Below are positions 41,273 to 51,122 of a stretch of DNA of 64,000 bases, in pieces. Within the stretch, counting starts at the first letter, position 1. Each line of letters opens with the position of its first letter. The DNA is from Planctomycetota bacterium. Lineage in GTDB: Bacteria > Planctomycetota > JBFWNO01. The translations under genes and the position numbers were made by a program. The DNA lies in NCBI GenBank assembly GCA_050251015.1, contig JBFWNO010000001.1, positions 80,645 to 144,644 on the forward strand, in the 5' to 3' direction. The notes below the pieces were generated by a model. The model made no database searches. It was not told the DNA's origin and saw only the letters and a program-made list of their open reading frames with translations.

Positions 41273-42741
41273 CAGCCCTGCCCCGTCTTGGGGAACAACT
41301 CTTTTTCAACTTCGGCCGGCGTGATCCGGGGTGACTCCAGGGTGCCACCGGTGCCGGTGCCGCGGAACACAGTCACCAGGGTGCGCAGAAGGATCTTGAT
41401 ATCCAGAAGCAGGGAATAGTTGCGGATGTAATACACGCTGAGGAAGCTTTTCTCATAGAAGGAAAGGCGGTTCCTTCCATGCACCTGAGCCAGGCCCGTC
41501 ATGCCCGGCAAGACGTTGAGGCTGATCTTCTCCCATTCATCGAATCCGGAGGCCACCATGGGGATCACTGCCCGCGGGCCGATCAACGACATCTGACCCA
41601 ACAGCACATTCGCAAGCTGGGGGAGCTCGTCGATCGACCAGCGCCTGAGAAAGGAGCCGACTCGGGTGATCCTTGGATCGTTGTCGCGGGTCAGGTTGCC
41701 GTGCGCATCCGCGCCCTGAACCATGGTGCGGAACTTGAAGATCCGGAAGGGTTTCCCGTAGCGTCCCACCCTGGGCTGGGTGTACAGGGGCGCCCCCCTT
41801 GAATCGAGCATGATCAGGGCCATGATGAGGATCCAAAAGGGAGTCAGAGTCACCAAAAGAAGCAAGGCGCCGGCATAATCCATGGCCATTTTCAGGAAGA
41901 GATTCCATCCGGTGATCCGGGGCTCCGAATAAGTGAGCATGGGCACGAAGTTGATCAGGTCAATCCGGCTCTTGCTGGCCATCAGGTCGAGGTACGAGGG
42001 TAGGATCTTGTATTCCGCCCCGGCCCTTTCGCAATGCTGGATCACCGCAAAGAGGTCGTCCTGGCTCACACCTTGGGTACTCACCAGCACCACGTCCGCC
42101 GCCGTCTGCTCAAGGACCTCGGGAAAAAGACCGGTGTCGATATGCGCCGCGACCCCCGCCAACCTCTGCTTCTGGTTGTCGAAGGTCGCCACAATCTGGT
42201 AGGTGGGGTTGCGGTTGCCCATGATCCTCCCGAGGATCTCGTCATTGATGGCATGCAAACCGACCAGAATCATGCGCTGATAGCGAGGCCGGGTAAGGAA
42301 TTCCCTTTCAAAACACAACCTGAGCAGAAGGCGCCATCCACTGAGGAACAGGCAGGCCATTGGCACCAGGTAGATGAACGACGAGGCGGGCCAGGAGTAG
42401 ATGAAGGTGCGACCGGCCACCTCGGCCCGGAAGACGTAGGTGGCCAACAGAAGCAGGATGTCCGCCAGCACAACCGAGCGGAAGATCAGATGGTAATCCT
42501 CGACCTTGGCCCGCGACCAAGCCACGCGGTAGACGCCGCTTCCCAGGAGGGCCAGGGCGGGCAGGAAGATGCAGAAGCGGGTCATGTCATGCAGGGCGTG
42601 CATGTCATCGAAACCAATAATGCGGCCCTCGTTCACCCAGTAGGGCAGGGCAAAGGAGACCACCAACGCGGCGTTGAACATGGCCACGTCGAGGGCCAGG
42701 TACAGCATGGCGACCAGGATCGTCACAAAGCCTTTGCCCAC
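41272..42741 (-). CDS. polyprenyl-phosphate hexose-1-phosphate transferase (WcaJ/EpsB-type priming sugar transferase)
   Basis: PRVGRYGKPFRIFKFRTM...DPRITRVGSFLRRWSIDELPQLANVLLGQMSLIGPRA. Five N-terminal TM helices. Confidence 0.9.
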   Translation of the reverse strand: MGKGFVTILVAMLYLALDVAMFNAALVVSFALPYWVNEGRIIGFDDMHALHDMTRFCIFLPALALLGSGVYRVAWSRAKVEDYHLIFRSVVLADILLLLATYVFRAEVAGRTFIYSWPASSFIYLVPMACLFLSGWRLLLRLCFEREFLTRPRYQRMILVGLHAINDEILGRIMGNRNPTYQIVATFDNQKQRLAGVAAHIDTGLFPEVLEQTAADVVLVSTQGVSQDDLFAVIQHCERAGAEYKILPSYLDLMASKSRIDLINFVPMLTYSEPRITGWNLFLKMAMDYAGALLLLVTLTPFWILIMALIMLDSRGAPLYTQPRVGRYGKPFRIFKFRTMVQGADAHGNLTRDNDPRITRVGSFLRRWSIDELPQLANVLLGQMSLIGPRAVIPMVASGFDEWEKISLNVLPGMTGLAQVHGRNRLSFYEKSFLSVYYIRNYSLLLDIKILLRTLVTVFRGTGTGGTLESPRITPAEVEKELFPKTGQG

Positions 42742-42764
42742 CTCGTTGCCCCTTCTGGAATCCG

Positions 42765-43457
42765 TCAGGATTCGTTGAGCGTCATTTTATGATAGAGGCC
42801 ATCCCCGATGAGGAGCTTCCCGGCTGATTTCACGGCGTAGACCATGGAGCGGACCCTGTCGCCCCGGCCCCTTGAAAGTTCGACCAAAAACCCGGGTTTG
42901 GCCTCCCGGCCCACCAGATCCCGTCCCTTGAGCTCCAGTGAGGCGAAGGTTTCCCGCCAATGACCCGGCTGACTGGTCCACAGCCTTTTGATTCCCAGAT
43001 CCCCGAAGACATGGAGGGCCGCCACATCGTAGCGGCCGCCCGGCAGCGAGGCCTCCTCCACCTTTGTACCGGTGAGTGATGTCAGGATCTGGAGCCCGGC
43101 CTGCAATTCCTCATTGAGCTCCCGGATCCCCATTCCCCTGAGAAAGCGGTGGGTGTGTCCATGAAGACCGATGAGATGGCCCCGTTGCTGGAGTTCCTTG
43201 ATTCTCTCACTTGAAAGGTGTCCCGGTCGGCCCAGCCATCCTGTGGTGATGAAAAACCTGCCCTTGAGTCCCACGGCCTCCAGATCGGAAGCCGCATCCA
43301 GGACATCCTGCCGGCCGTCATCAAAGGTCACCTCCAGTTCACTGCAGCTCCCGTCCTGGTTGTTCAAGTCGGCAATGGCCCGGCAGTGTTGTTGAAACAG
43401 ATCGCGACTGATGCCGTAGCGCCCCGGGCCGAAATGGTGGTACATGAGGCCTCTCAT
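42765..43457 (-). CDS. polysaccharide deacetylase (NodB-type)
   Basis: LMYHHF...VTFDDGRQD...FFITTGW...LIGLHGHTH. ATGA overlap with the upstream gene. Confidence 0.8.
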   Translation of the reverse strand: MRGLMYHHFGPGRYGISRDLFQQHCRAIADLNNQDGSCSELEVTFDDGRQDVLDAASDLEAVGLKGRFFITTGWLGRPGHLSSERIKELQQRGHLIGLHGHTHRFLRGMGIRELNEELQAGLQILTSLTGTKVEEASLPGGRYDVAALHVFGDLGIKRLWTSQPGHWRETFASLELKGRDLVGREAKPGFLVELSRGRGDRVRSMVYAVKSAGKLLIGDGLYHKMTLNES

Positions 43458-44527
43458 GCCACGTTCCTGAAGGAGAGGGCCTCGCGGTAGACTCGGTCGT
43501 AAGAAGCCGCCATGTCCTCGGCAAGAAAACGCATGGCATGGGCCCGACACCTCTCACCCAAGGTGCGCGCCAATCCCGGATCACGGGCCCAGGCCGCGAG
43601 GGTCGAGGCCATGGTCTCGGCGGCCCCTGCCGGCTTCACAAGGTGCCCCTGGCCCAGGCCTTCAAGCAGATCCCTGTTCCCGGGAATGTCGGTGGCCAGC
43701 ACCGGGAGCCCTGAGCGCAGGGCCTCCAGGAGAGCCAGGCTGAAGCCCTCGCGGACACTGGTGGACACGACCGCATCGCAGGCCGAAAGAGCCGACATCG
43801 GGTCCTTTTGGTGGCCGGCGAGAAAAATCTTCGTCCCCCGGAGAGGCTCCAGAGCCGGACCCTCGCCCATCCAGACAAATTTCAGGATGTCCACCTTTGC
43901 TGCCTGCGCCACTTGGAGAAAGAGTGCGGGGTTCTTCTGGGCCACGCCACGGCCCAGGGCCCCCACCACAAAGTCCCCGGGGCCATAGCCCCAGGCCTTG
44001 CGGATGTCCGCCCGGACCCTGGGATTGGGTATCCGTGAGGATCCATTGGGGATCAAGGCCGTCCTTCCCTCGCGGAGACCCCAAGGTTTGCGGAGCTCAA
44101 GGCTGGCCCGGGTGACGCCCACGGTGCACTCGGGCAGTGGAGCCAGAAGGCGTTCGGCTCCCAGCCTCCATCCCCCGATCCAATCGTCCACATTCTGCAC
44201 CCCTAGCACGCAAGGGATGTCGGTGAGCCATGACGCAAGGCGGCCCCACAGGCCACCGGTGAACAGGTGCAGATGCAGGACATCGGCCTTCATCCTGACC
44301 AATTCACGGCAAAGACGGGGAAGCAGGAGCGCATCAAAGCCCGCCTTCTTGCCCAGGGCAACCACCCGGATCCCGGCTTCTTTCGCCTCGGCCGCCAGTG
44401 CGCCCTCGCCCGCGAGGCAGAGGATTTCGTGCCGGACGGAGGCCGAGGGCCTCAATCGGATGATGTCCAGCAGCACCCTCTCGGCTCCGCCTGCATCGAG
44501 GCTTTCAATGATGTGAACGATGGTCAT
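43454..44527 (-). CDS. glycosyltransferase family 4
   Basis: IIESLDAGGAERV...SVREGFSLALLEALRSGLPVLATD. Confidence 0.85.
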   Translation of the reverse strand: MTIVHIIESLDAGGAERVLLDIIRLRPSASVRHEILCLAGEGALAAEAKEAGIRVVALGKKAGFDALLLPRLCRELVRMKADVLHLHLFTGGLWGRLASWLTDIPCVLGVQNVDDWIGGWRLGAERLLAPLPECTVGVTRASLELRKPWGLREGRTALIPNGSSRIPNPRVRADIRKAWGYGPGDFVVGALGRGVAQKNPALFLQVAQAAKVDILKFVWMGEGPALEPLRGTKIFLAGHQKDPMSALSACDAVVSTSVREGFSLALLEALRSGLPVLATDIPGNRDLLEGLGQGHLVKPAGAAETMASTLAAWARDPGLARTLGERCRAHAMRFLAEDMAASYDRVYREALSFRNVA

Positions 44528-45747
44528 GCCTTCAGATCGTTGAAATGAGTTGCCAATCGTTCAACGCAGGATTTTCTTTCATATCTCTCCATTGTGACAG
44601 CTCTTCCGCCTGTTCCTAATTGTTTGAGCAAATTTTCATTCGCCTTGAGCTGAGCCAGGGCCTCTCTCAGGCTCGTCACGGAACCTGGCTCCACCAGAAG
44701 ACCGCTCACCCCCTGAACGATGGCCTCAGGCGCCGCGGCGTCGTTCGAAGCGATCACGGCGCAGCCGGCGGCCATAGCCTCCAGGAGCGCGTTGGGCAGG
44801 CCGTCGCTGTCGCCACGTTCATTGCGGATGAAGGGGAGGGCAAAGATGGGGTGTTGGGGATAAAGGGACAGGACCTCGTGATGCGGAAGGCGGCCGGTGA
44901 AGGTGATGCGATGGCGGAGACCCAGGCGGGTGGCCTGGGCCTCAAGGGCCGCCCTCTCGGGCCCATCACCCACAAATGTCCAGGTCCAGTCCCCTTCCAG
45001 TTTTGCTAGGGCCTCCAGCAGGATGTGAAAGCCCTTGGTGGGCACCAGGCGGCCGACGCTGAGGCCTTTGAGCTCCCTTTGTTCAAGCCCCTCACCCTGA
45101 CCTCCCCCCAAGAGGGGGAGGGAATCGGATGGGATGGCCACGCCATGCGGGCAGACAACGGGTTTGCGCAGGCCGGCAGCAGCCAGGCGGTTGGCGTTGA
45201 ACTGGGTGCAACTGAGAACCTCAGCAGCCTCGTCGAGTTTGTGTTGGAGGAGGGGCCAGGTGGAAGAAAGATTCTCGCCGTGCACCACCATCACATAGCC
45301 GGGGCCCCCAAGGCGGCGGATCATCCAGGCGATTGTGGAGGGGACATTGGTCCAGTGGGCCAATTGCAGGATGCGCTGTTCGGGGTCCGCTTGCTCCGGG
45401 CCATGCTGTCGTGTGAACTGATGATAAGCCTGGCAGGCCAGGGGCCAGACAACGAAACTTTTCAGCCGTTCAAAACGGCGGGCGCAATCCCTGAACCCTC
45501 CCCAAAGATCGCGCAGGATCCCCACCATCGCCGACGTCCGGGATAGACAGCAAACCCAGAACATGAGGAGGGCGGAAGGCGACCACCAGCGGTGCCATTG
45601 GACATAGGGCGGGCGCAGGCCGTCGCCACCCTTGAGAACATGCACTGTCGAACCAGGATGCTGTTCGATCAGATGCTCCGTCTCGCCCTGGATGAAGGTT
45701 TCGTAGGGTTCCGGATACTGGCTGGTCCAGACGGCAAGCCTCACCAT
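44524..45747 (-). CDS. glycosyltransferase family 4 (WcaL-like)
   Basis: GRLVPTKGFHILLEAL...DSDGLPNALLEAMAAGCAVIASN. Start is either ATG 45747 or GTG 45744 (GTGA overlap). Confidence 0.85.
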   Translation of the reverse strand: MVRLAVWTSQYPEPYETFIQGETEHLIEQHPGSTVHVLKGGDGLRPPYVQWHRWWSPSALLMFWVCCLSRTSAMVGILRDLWGGFRDCARRFERLKSFVVWPLACQAYHQFTRQHGPEQADPEQRILQLAHWTNVPSTIAWMIRRLGGPGYVMVVHGENLSSTWPLLQHKLDEAAEVLSCTQFNANRLAAAGLRKPVVCPHGVAIPSDSLPLLGGGQGEGLEQRELKGLSVGRLVPTKGFHILLEALAKLEGDWTWTFVGDGPERAALEAQATRLGLRHRITFTGRLPHHEVLSLYPQHPIFALPFIRNERGDSDGLPNALLEAMAAGCAVIASNDAAAPEAIVQGVSGLLVEPGSVTSLREALAQLKANENLLKQLGTGGRAVTMERYERKSCVERLATHFNDLKA

Positions 45748-47315
45748 AGGAAAACCTGCCACAGGGCCTCAAAAGATTCCCGGCTCAAGGGCTGCTCTTG
45801 CACGCGGCCCAGGACCTCGCGCAAGGAGATCCGGCGATCATCGCTAACCTGGAAATCGGGAAGCCTGAGATCCAGGCTCCTGGAGCTTTCGGGAACCCAC
45901 ACCCCCAACAACCCCGAGCCTCCGACCCTCACAAATCCGTGCCTGCGAGGCCAAGTCTCGGACTTGGGCAAGAGGATCATCCGGATGTCGTGAACCCGGA
46001 GCACCTCCTCTCGGCGCCGGGGTTCCAGACCCGCCAGGGCATTCTCCATCTTGTGGCTGCGCCAGTGGCTGATGAGCGGATCGGGGCCCACCCCAAAGCT
46101 CTCAAAGGGCATGTGTTTTTCCCGCGTCTCGCCGCGGATCTTGTCGGGCGGGGAAACCTGGTCCACCCACATCGGTGGGGCGAAGGCCCCCGTTCGCAGG
46201 GCCACATGGCGGCCCAGATAGGCATGGCCGGGGGCACCCTGGCCGATGATCACCCCAGCCTCATTGCCAAAGATGCGCCGGGCTTCCCTCACACAGGACA
46301 CGGCATAACTCCTCTCAGCCTGAAGGCCCGCGTTGAGTGCCCGTTCGGGATGGAAAAGCGCCGCCATTTGCACCACCACCACCAAGGAGAGCAGGATCCT
46401 GGGCGCCCCCGCCACCAAAGCCGGCAGGAGGAGGATAAGGGGCAACACCAGATTCCTCTGCCCAAGGGCCGTCCCCAAACCCGAGATGGTGGTCACCAGA
46501 TAGAGAAGGATGATGAATATCCATGTGGCCCGCGGCAGATGCTTCAGCCCGCGACGGAAAAAGGGAAGCAGGAAAATCCACAGGGGCGCGGCCATCACAG
46601 CCAAAACAAAAAAGACGAGCATCCTTGGCAGACCCCCGCCTCCGAGTTCCATTCTTGTGGCATCCTTCATGGGCACGGAGAAGACCAGGAGCAGGTGGCC
46701 GTTCACCAGCTGATGCAAGATCCAGGCCAGAGGTGCGACCGCAAGACCGAGAGCCAGGGGCCGCCAACCGGCGCCCTGCCGGTGGCAACGCACCACTGAG
46801 GCTACACCCAACACGGCGGTCAGAATCCACCCCTCGTACCGCGTCAGGCACACCAGGGCCGAGCAGAACATCAAACGCCAGGGATTGTTGTTCAGGTACC
46901 CCGACATCATCCCAAGCGATAGGGCCCAAAACAGGGGTTCCGCAAGGCCGGAAACGCCGGGGTAGAGCGCCCAGGGAAGCGTAGCCGAGGCAAGCAAGGC
47001 CCAGGCCTGCCTTGCCGGCGGCAGGGAAGCCAGGAGAGGCCGCACAAACAGGGGAAGACAGGCCGACAGCAGGATGTTGATGGCCAGACCCGCGGTCAGG
47101 GCCTCCAACCCGGTGATCCGGGCCACACCACCGGTCAGGATCATGGGCAGGGGCAACCAGGGTATCTGGGCCGAAATGAAGGGGACACGGGCCCATTCTT
47201 GGGCCAGCAGTAGGCGGGTCGCACAATCATCACTGAAGGCGGCGTATGCGGGAGCCAGAAGGGTCAAGGCTCCCAGTCGCCCGAGCACCAACACCCAGGG
47301 CAGGTAGCGGTTCAC
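45741..47315 (-). CDS. polytopic GT-C-like membrane protein with C-terminal soluble domain (tentative)
   Basis: ~10 TM helices, with FSDDCATRLLLAQEW after TM1 (DD/DE-type first-loop motif). ~180-aa hydrophilic tail. GTG 47315 forms a GTGA overlap with the radical SAM stop. Confidence 0.45.
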   Translation of the reverse strand: MNRYLPWVLVLGRLGALTLLAPAYAAFSDDCATRLLLAQEWARVPFISAQIPWLPLPMILTGGVARITGLEALTAGLAINILLSACLPLFVRPLLASLPPARQAWALLASATLPWALYPGVSGLAEPLFWALSLGMMSGYLNNNPWRLMFCSALVCLTRYEGWILTAVLGVASVVRCHRQGAGWRPLALGLAVAPLAWILHQLVNGHLLLVFSVPMKDATRMELGGGGLPRMLVFFVLAVMAAPLWIFLLPFFRRGLKHLPRATWIFIILLYLVTTISGLGTALGQRNLVLPLILLLPALVAGAPRILLSLVVVVQMAALFHPERALNAGLQAERSYAVSCVREARRIFGNEAGVIIGQGAPGHAYLGRHVALRTGAFAPPMWVDQVSPPDKIRGETREKHMPFESFGVGPDPLISHWRSHKMENALAGLEPRRREEVLRVHDIRMILLPKSETWPRRHGFVRVGGSGLLGVWVPESSRSLDLRLPDFQVSDDRRISLREVLGRVQEQPLSRESFEALWQVFLW

Positions 47316-48472
47316 TCGTAGCTGTAGAGCCCGCAGCAACGCATGCATCCCGGCCAGACACCCTCATCCCGGAGGGCGACACGGAATGCCATTGCGGTCT
47401 TGGAGTTCCACACCTCGCCAAATGATTGCGTGCGGAGATTGCCCCAGCGGCTGTCGAGGCATGGGATGACATCACCATTGGGAAGGATGCGGGTGTTCAT
47501 CCACGGGGAAAGGCAGTGGGCGGAGGGGCGCACCACATCCATACTCCGCGTGTAATAGGAGCGGATGCCATCTTCGTCGATGTCGGGCAGGAATTTCACA
47601 TCCACCCTGTCCCTTAGGGGCGATGTACGGATCCTCTCGAGATCGGCGGTCACCTTCCCGATATCGAGCCCCTCAAGCGCCCTGAGGTTCTGGACTTCGG
47701 CCGGCGCAATGTGTCCCCACAGGGCGTTATGTTTTTTCACCATCGGCTCGTCCCAGTACCACAGGTGTGAGAAGATCACGCGGTGCACCCCCCGGGATAC
47801 GGCATACTCGAGGATCTCATGGAGTCGCCCCTGGTTGCGCGAGGTGATGGTGACATTGAATTGGATGGAGGGAGTTCCCGACTGGGAGGCCACCTTCTCC
47901 CGCTGAACGGCCGACAATGCCGCATCAAGGCGGGCAAAGCTGCCCTCCTTGCCCCGCACATGGTCATGGACAGCACCCACTCCATCAAGCGAAAGGGTGA
48001 GCGTGTTCAATCCGCTCGTCACCACTTCCGCCGCCTTGGCTTCCAGGAGCATGCCGTTGCAGGTCATGGTGGTCACCAAACCCTCGCGGCGACAGGCCCT
48101 GATAAAGGGAAGAGACAGGGGTGAAATCAGGGGCTCCCCACCGGTGAGGGCGATCGAGGGCTTGAAGGCAGCCACTTCCCGGGCCACCCGCTCCAGGTCG
48201 GTCAGGGTCAATAATTCCTCCTGGCGGTAGTGTTCAGCCCGGGCTGTGGCCAAGGGGGCATCGGTCCCGTAAAGATCGCACATGTAGCACGAAAGATTGC
48301 ACAGGTGTGTGATCTCAAACGTGAGATTCACGGGCCAGAAGGCCCGGCCCGAAGACAACAGCATCTTGTCCAACGGAACTTTGTTGCGCAATTTCTTGCG
48401 CACCTTTTGCAGGAGGTTGTCCCTGTCGTACCTCCAAAGTCCGACAGCCCTCGCCAGCTGGGCCTTCAACAT
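47312..48472 (-). CDS. radical SAM enzyme with C-terminal SPASM/twitch-like Cys cluster
   Basis: CNLSCYMC (CxxxCxxC), GGEPL, then CLSPWMNTRILPNGDVIPC (Cx12Gx4C) and CMRCC. Confidence 0.85.
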   Translation of the reverse strand: MLKAQLARAVGLWRYDRDNLLQKVRKKLRNKVPLDKMLLSSGRAFWPVNLTFEITHLCNLSCYMCDLYGTDAPLATARAEHYRQEELLTLTDLERVAREVAAFKPSIALTGGEPLISPLSLPFIRACRREGLVTTMTCNGMLLEAKAAEVVTSGLNTLTLSLDGVGAVHDHVRGKEGSFARLDAALSAVQREKVASQSGTPSIQFNVTITSRNQGRLHEILEYAVSRGVHRVIFSHLWYWDEPMVKKHNALWGHIAPAEVQNLRALEGLDIGKVTADLERIRTSPLRDRVDVKFLPDIDEDGIRSYYTRSMDVVRPSAHCLSPWMNTRILPNGDVIPCLDSRWGNLRTQSFGEVWNSKTAMAFRVALRDEGVWPGCMRCCGLYSYE

Positions 48473-49554
48473 CCGAAGGCCTCCCTGTAGGCGGATCGTT
48501 TGGCGCCGGCCATGGCCTCAAGGGAGTAACGCTCCCAGGCTCTGCTTTTGGCTTCTCGGCCCATACGTTTCCTCCCTTCAGCATCTTCAACCATGTGCAA
48601 CAAACCTTGGGCCATTGTAGGGGCAGACGGGGATGGGAGGAGCAAACCGGTGATTCCATCCTCAATGCACTCGAGATTGCCGTCAGTGCCCAGGGCCACA
48701 GGGGGCAACCCCGCTGCCATGGCCTCTAAGATGGCATTGCTCATGGCCTCGCTCTGCGAAGGATGAATGGCAAAGTCGTATCCCTGCAAACGGCCGGGGA
48801 CCCTGTCGGCGCTACCGGCAAAACGGACGACATCACCAAGATTCAGCCGCGCCACGACCTGCTCCAGTGCGGGTCTCAGGGGCCCCTCTCCATAGAACGT
48901 GACCGCAAGCTTTGAGATCAGCTCCTGGGATGTCGCCAGGGCCTCCAGGAGGAGAGCGTGCTGTTTCACGGGCTTGAACGCCGACACCACAACCGCATTG
49001 ATGCGCCCCGGGACCGGGGGCAGGGCGGAAGACACAGGTTCAAAATCCGCAGGGTCCAGGCTGTTGGGAACGAGACGGATCTGATCCGGAGACACCCCTT
49101 CGCGCTGGGTCAGGTCATCGGCCACGGCCTTTGAATTCGCCAGGTGAAGACGGTAACGCCTGTTGGCCAGCTTCTTCAGCATCAAGTGCCGAGGCTTCCT
49201 CCACAGGCATTTCTCCCGTGGTGATGAAATCATTGGGATTCCCCCCGAGCAAACCGCCGAAGCCAGGTGGGCCGTGAACATGAGCGCCTCCACCCCCGCG
49301 GGATTGATATGACGTATCAAGCGATGCAGGCCAGCGAGCGTCTCGAGCCCTCCTGCATCATAGATGCGGTTCATGGCATAGCGGTGCAGAACCGCACCCG
49401 TCCCTATCACTTCCAAATCCCAGGAACCTGGCCCCTCAAGACAGGCGACATGAAACTCGTAGTCACTCCCCATCGACCGCAAGGTGTGCAGGACGTGCCT
49501 TTGAGTGCCCGCCCGGATCATCTTGTCGAGAACAAGAAGGATGACGGGCTTCAC
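48466..49554 (-). CDS. glycosyltransferase family 4
   Basis: PSQSEAMSNAILEAMAAGLPPVA. GTG 49554 forms a GTGA overlap with the upstream stop. Confidence 0.85.
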   Translation of the reverse strand: MKPVILLVLDKMIRAGTQRHVLHTLRSMGSDYEFHVACLEGPGSWDLEVIGTGAVLHRYAMNRIYDAGGLETLAGLHRLIRHINPAGVEALMFTAHLASAVCSGGIPMISSPREKCLWRKPRHLMLKKLANRRYRLHLANSKAVADDLTQREGVSPDQIRLVPNSLDPADFEPVSSALPPVPGRINAVVVSAFKPVKQHALLLEALATSQELISKLAVTFYGEGPLRPALEQVVARLNLGDVVRFAGSADRVPGRLQGYDFAIHPSQSEAMSNAILEAMAAGLPPVALGTDGNLECIEDGITGLLLPSPSAPTMAQGLLHMVEDAEGRKRMGREAKSRAWERYSLEAMAGAKRSAYREAFGC

Positions 49555-51122
49555 CGCACCCAAGCTTTCCGCCGCCGTTCGATCTCTTGAAGGTACCGCC
49601 GCTCCCTCTCCATGACATCCAGCTTGAGCACAACGGCCGTCATGATCCAGTGAAGCAGGATGATCTCGTTCGAATTCATCCTGCTGCCGAAAAAATTGGA
49701 GATGAAGATCCCTGTGAGACCGGCCAGATACCCGATCGCAATGACCCGGTGCACGGGGTCGTCGGTGATCCAATACACCCGCATGGCGATCAGGGCGCAA
49801 ATGGCCATGATGAGCCACAGGCTCAAGAGCGCGATGATGCCACATTCCACCAGGATCAGGAGCCATTGGTTATGGGCATCGACGAACATCACCTTGGGAT
49901 GCCTCCCAAGGATTTCATAGGGAAACCGTCCAATGCCCACGCCAAACATCAGGGCTGTAGCATCCTCGCGAACCCGGGTGATGCCGGCCTGCACGATATA
50001 CCATCGGCTCATGGCTGATTGGTCGAGATCCATCTCTCCTTCCTGGCCGGCGGGAGCCACAAACGCCTCATGCGGGACATCGCTGAAAATCCTGTGGTAG
50101 CTCTCATAAAGACGCGGCCCCAGGACCTTTTCAGGGAATGCAAAGACACTCAATGCCACAAAGAGCAAAACGGGGATGCTCTTGAGCCTGAAGGTGAAAA
50201 TGATGAACACCAGCAGCCCGCAATAAAATCCCAGGAGTCCCCCGCGGGAGAAGGTGACCCGGATCGATTGGATGCAGAAGAGGAAGAGGAGCCCTGCCAC
50301 CCAGCCCCACCATTTTTTCCAGTTCGCCGCAGCCACGGCACCCAGATAAAACGCGTAACTGCAGAAATAGGTGGCTAGCTGGTTGGGCTGATCTGTCAGT
50401 ATCGTGATCTTGTTCTTGTCCATGTTCGAACGGGTGCCGCCGCCGATGTCCATGTAGTACTGCTTCACCCCCATCACTCCCGCGGCCCCCACGACGCATA
50501 CCAAAGCCAACAGAATGAGTTGCACCTGCTTCTTGTCCTTGATGTTGTTGACAAAGATCAGGTACACAAGAAAGGGCTCCAGGAGCCTCTTGTAATCGGT
50601 GATGACCCGCATGGGGTTGAACACCGCGAAGCTTTTGAACTCGCTGCGGATCAGAGCGGAGCCGAGAATAAGGATGTAGACAATCACTAGGAGGTCAATG
50701 GCAAAGAATCTCACCACGGTTTCCCCCCGGGTGAAGGTGCGGGAAAGCCAGCCGCCGATGAGCAGGACGATCAGGATATTGGTGAGATTGAACATCGGGA
50801 TGCGGCCCCCGAAATCTCCAGGAAGGACCTTTTGAAATGAAACATAGACAGCAAACAGGTAGAGAACCTGCTGGATGTCGACGTTGAGGAGGTAGATGAT
50901 GATCACCAGGAAAATCATCCCCAGCAGGGCCGTGGCCCCGCCCCCGATCTCCGGATCCTTGAACCAGAAGATGAAGTTGCTGAGGACCGACGTGGCCAGC
51001 ACGATCATCGCGTGGGGTCTTAGCTCCTCTCTCTTGTGGATGAAGGATATGTAGATCAACCCCATGAGGCCGATGACGGACCATCCCAGGATGGGACCCG
51101 TGGCGAGGGCCAGGAGATTCAC
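49551..51122 (-). CDS. O-antigen ligase/polymerase family (Wzy_C) membrane protein
   Basis: TFSRGGLLGF, GVGIGRF, DAHNQWLLILVECGIIALL; >=10 TM helices. GTG 51122 forms a GTGA overlap. Confidence 0.8.
   Translation of the reverse strand: MNLLALATGPILGWSVIGLMGLIYISFIHKREELRPHAMIVLATSVLSNFIFWFKDPEIGGGATALLGMIFLVIIIYLLNVDIQQVLYLFAVYVSFQKVLPGDFGGRIPMFNLTNILIVLLIGGWLSRTFTRGETVVRFFAIDLLVIVYILILGSALIRSEFKSFAVFNPMRVITDYKRLLEPFLVYLIFVNNIKDKKQVQLILLALVCVVGAAGVMGVKQYYMDIGGGTRSNMDKNKITILTDQPNQLATYFCSYAFYLGAVAAANWKKWWGWVAGLLFLFCIQSIRVTFSRGGLLGFYCGLLVFIIFTFRLKSIPVLLFVALSVFAFPEKVLGPRLYESYHRIFSDVPHEAFVAPAGQEGEMDLDQSAMSRWYIVQAGITRVREDATALMFGVGIGRFPYEILGRHPKVMFVDAHNQWLLILVECGIIALLSLWLIMAICALIAMRVYWITDDPVHRVIAIGYLAGLTGIFISNFFGSRMNSNEIILLHWIMTAVVLKLDVMERERRYLQEIERRRKAWVR

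Noticed and set aside
47312-48472. Radical SAM/SPASM gene as the core of a RiPP cluster
   Set aside because: Both flanks overlap glycosyltransferase-type genes. There is no intergenic space or small ORF for a precursor peptide, and no peptidase, transporter or RRE gene adjacent.
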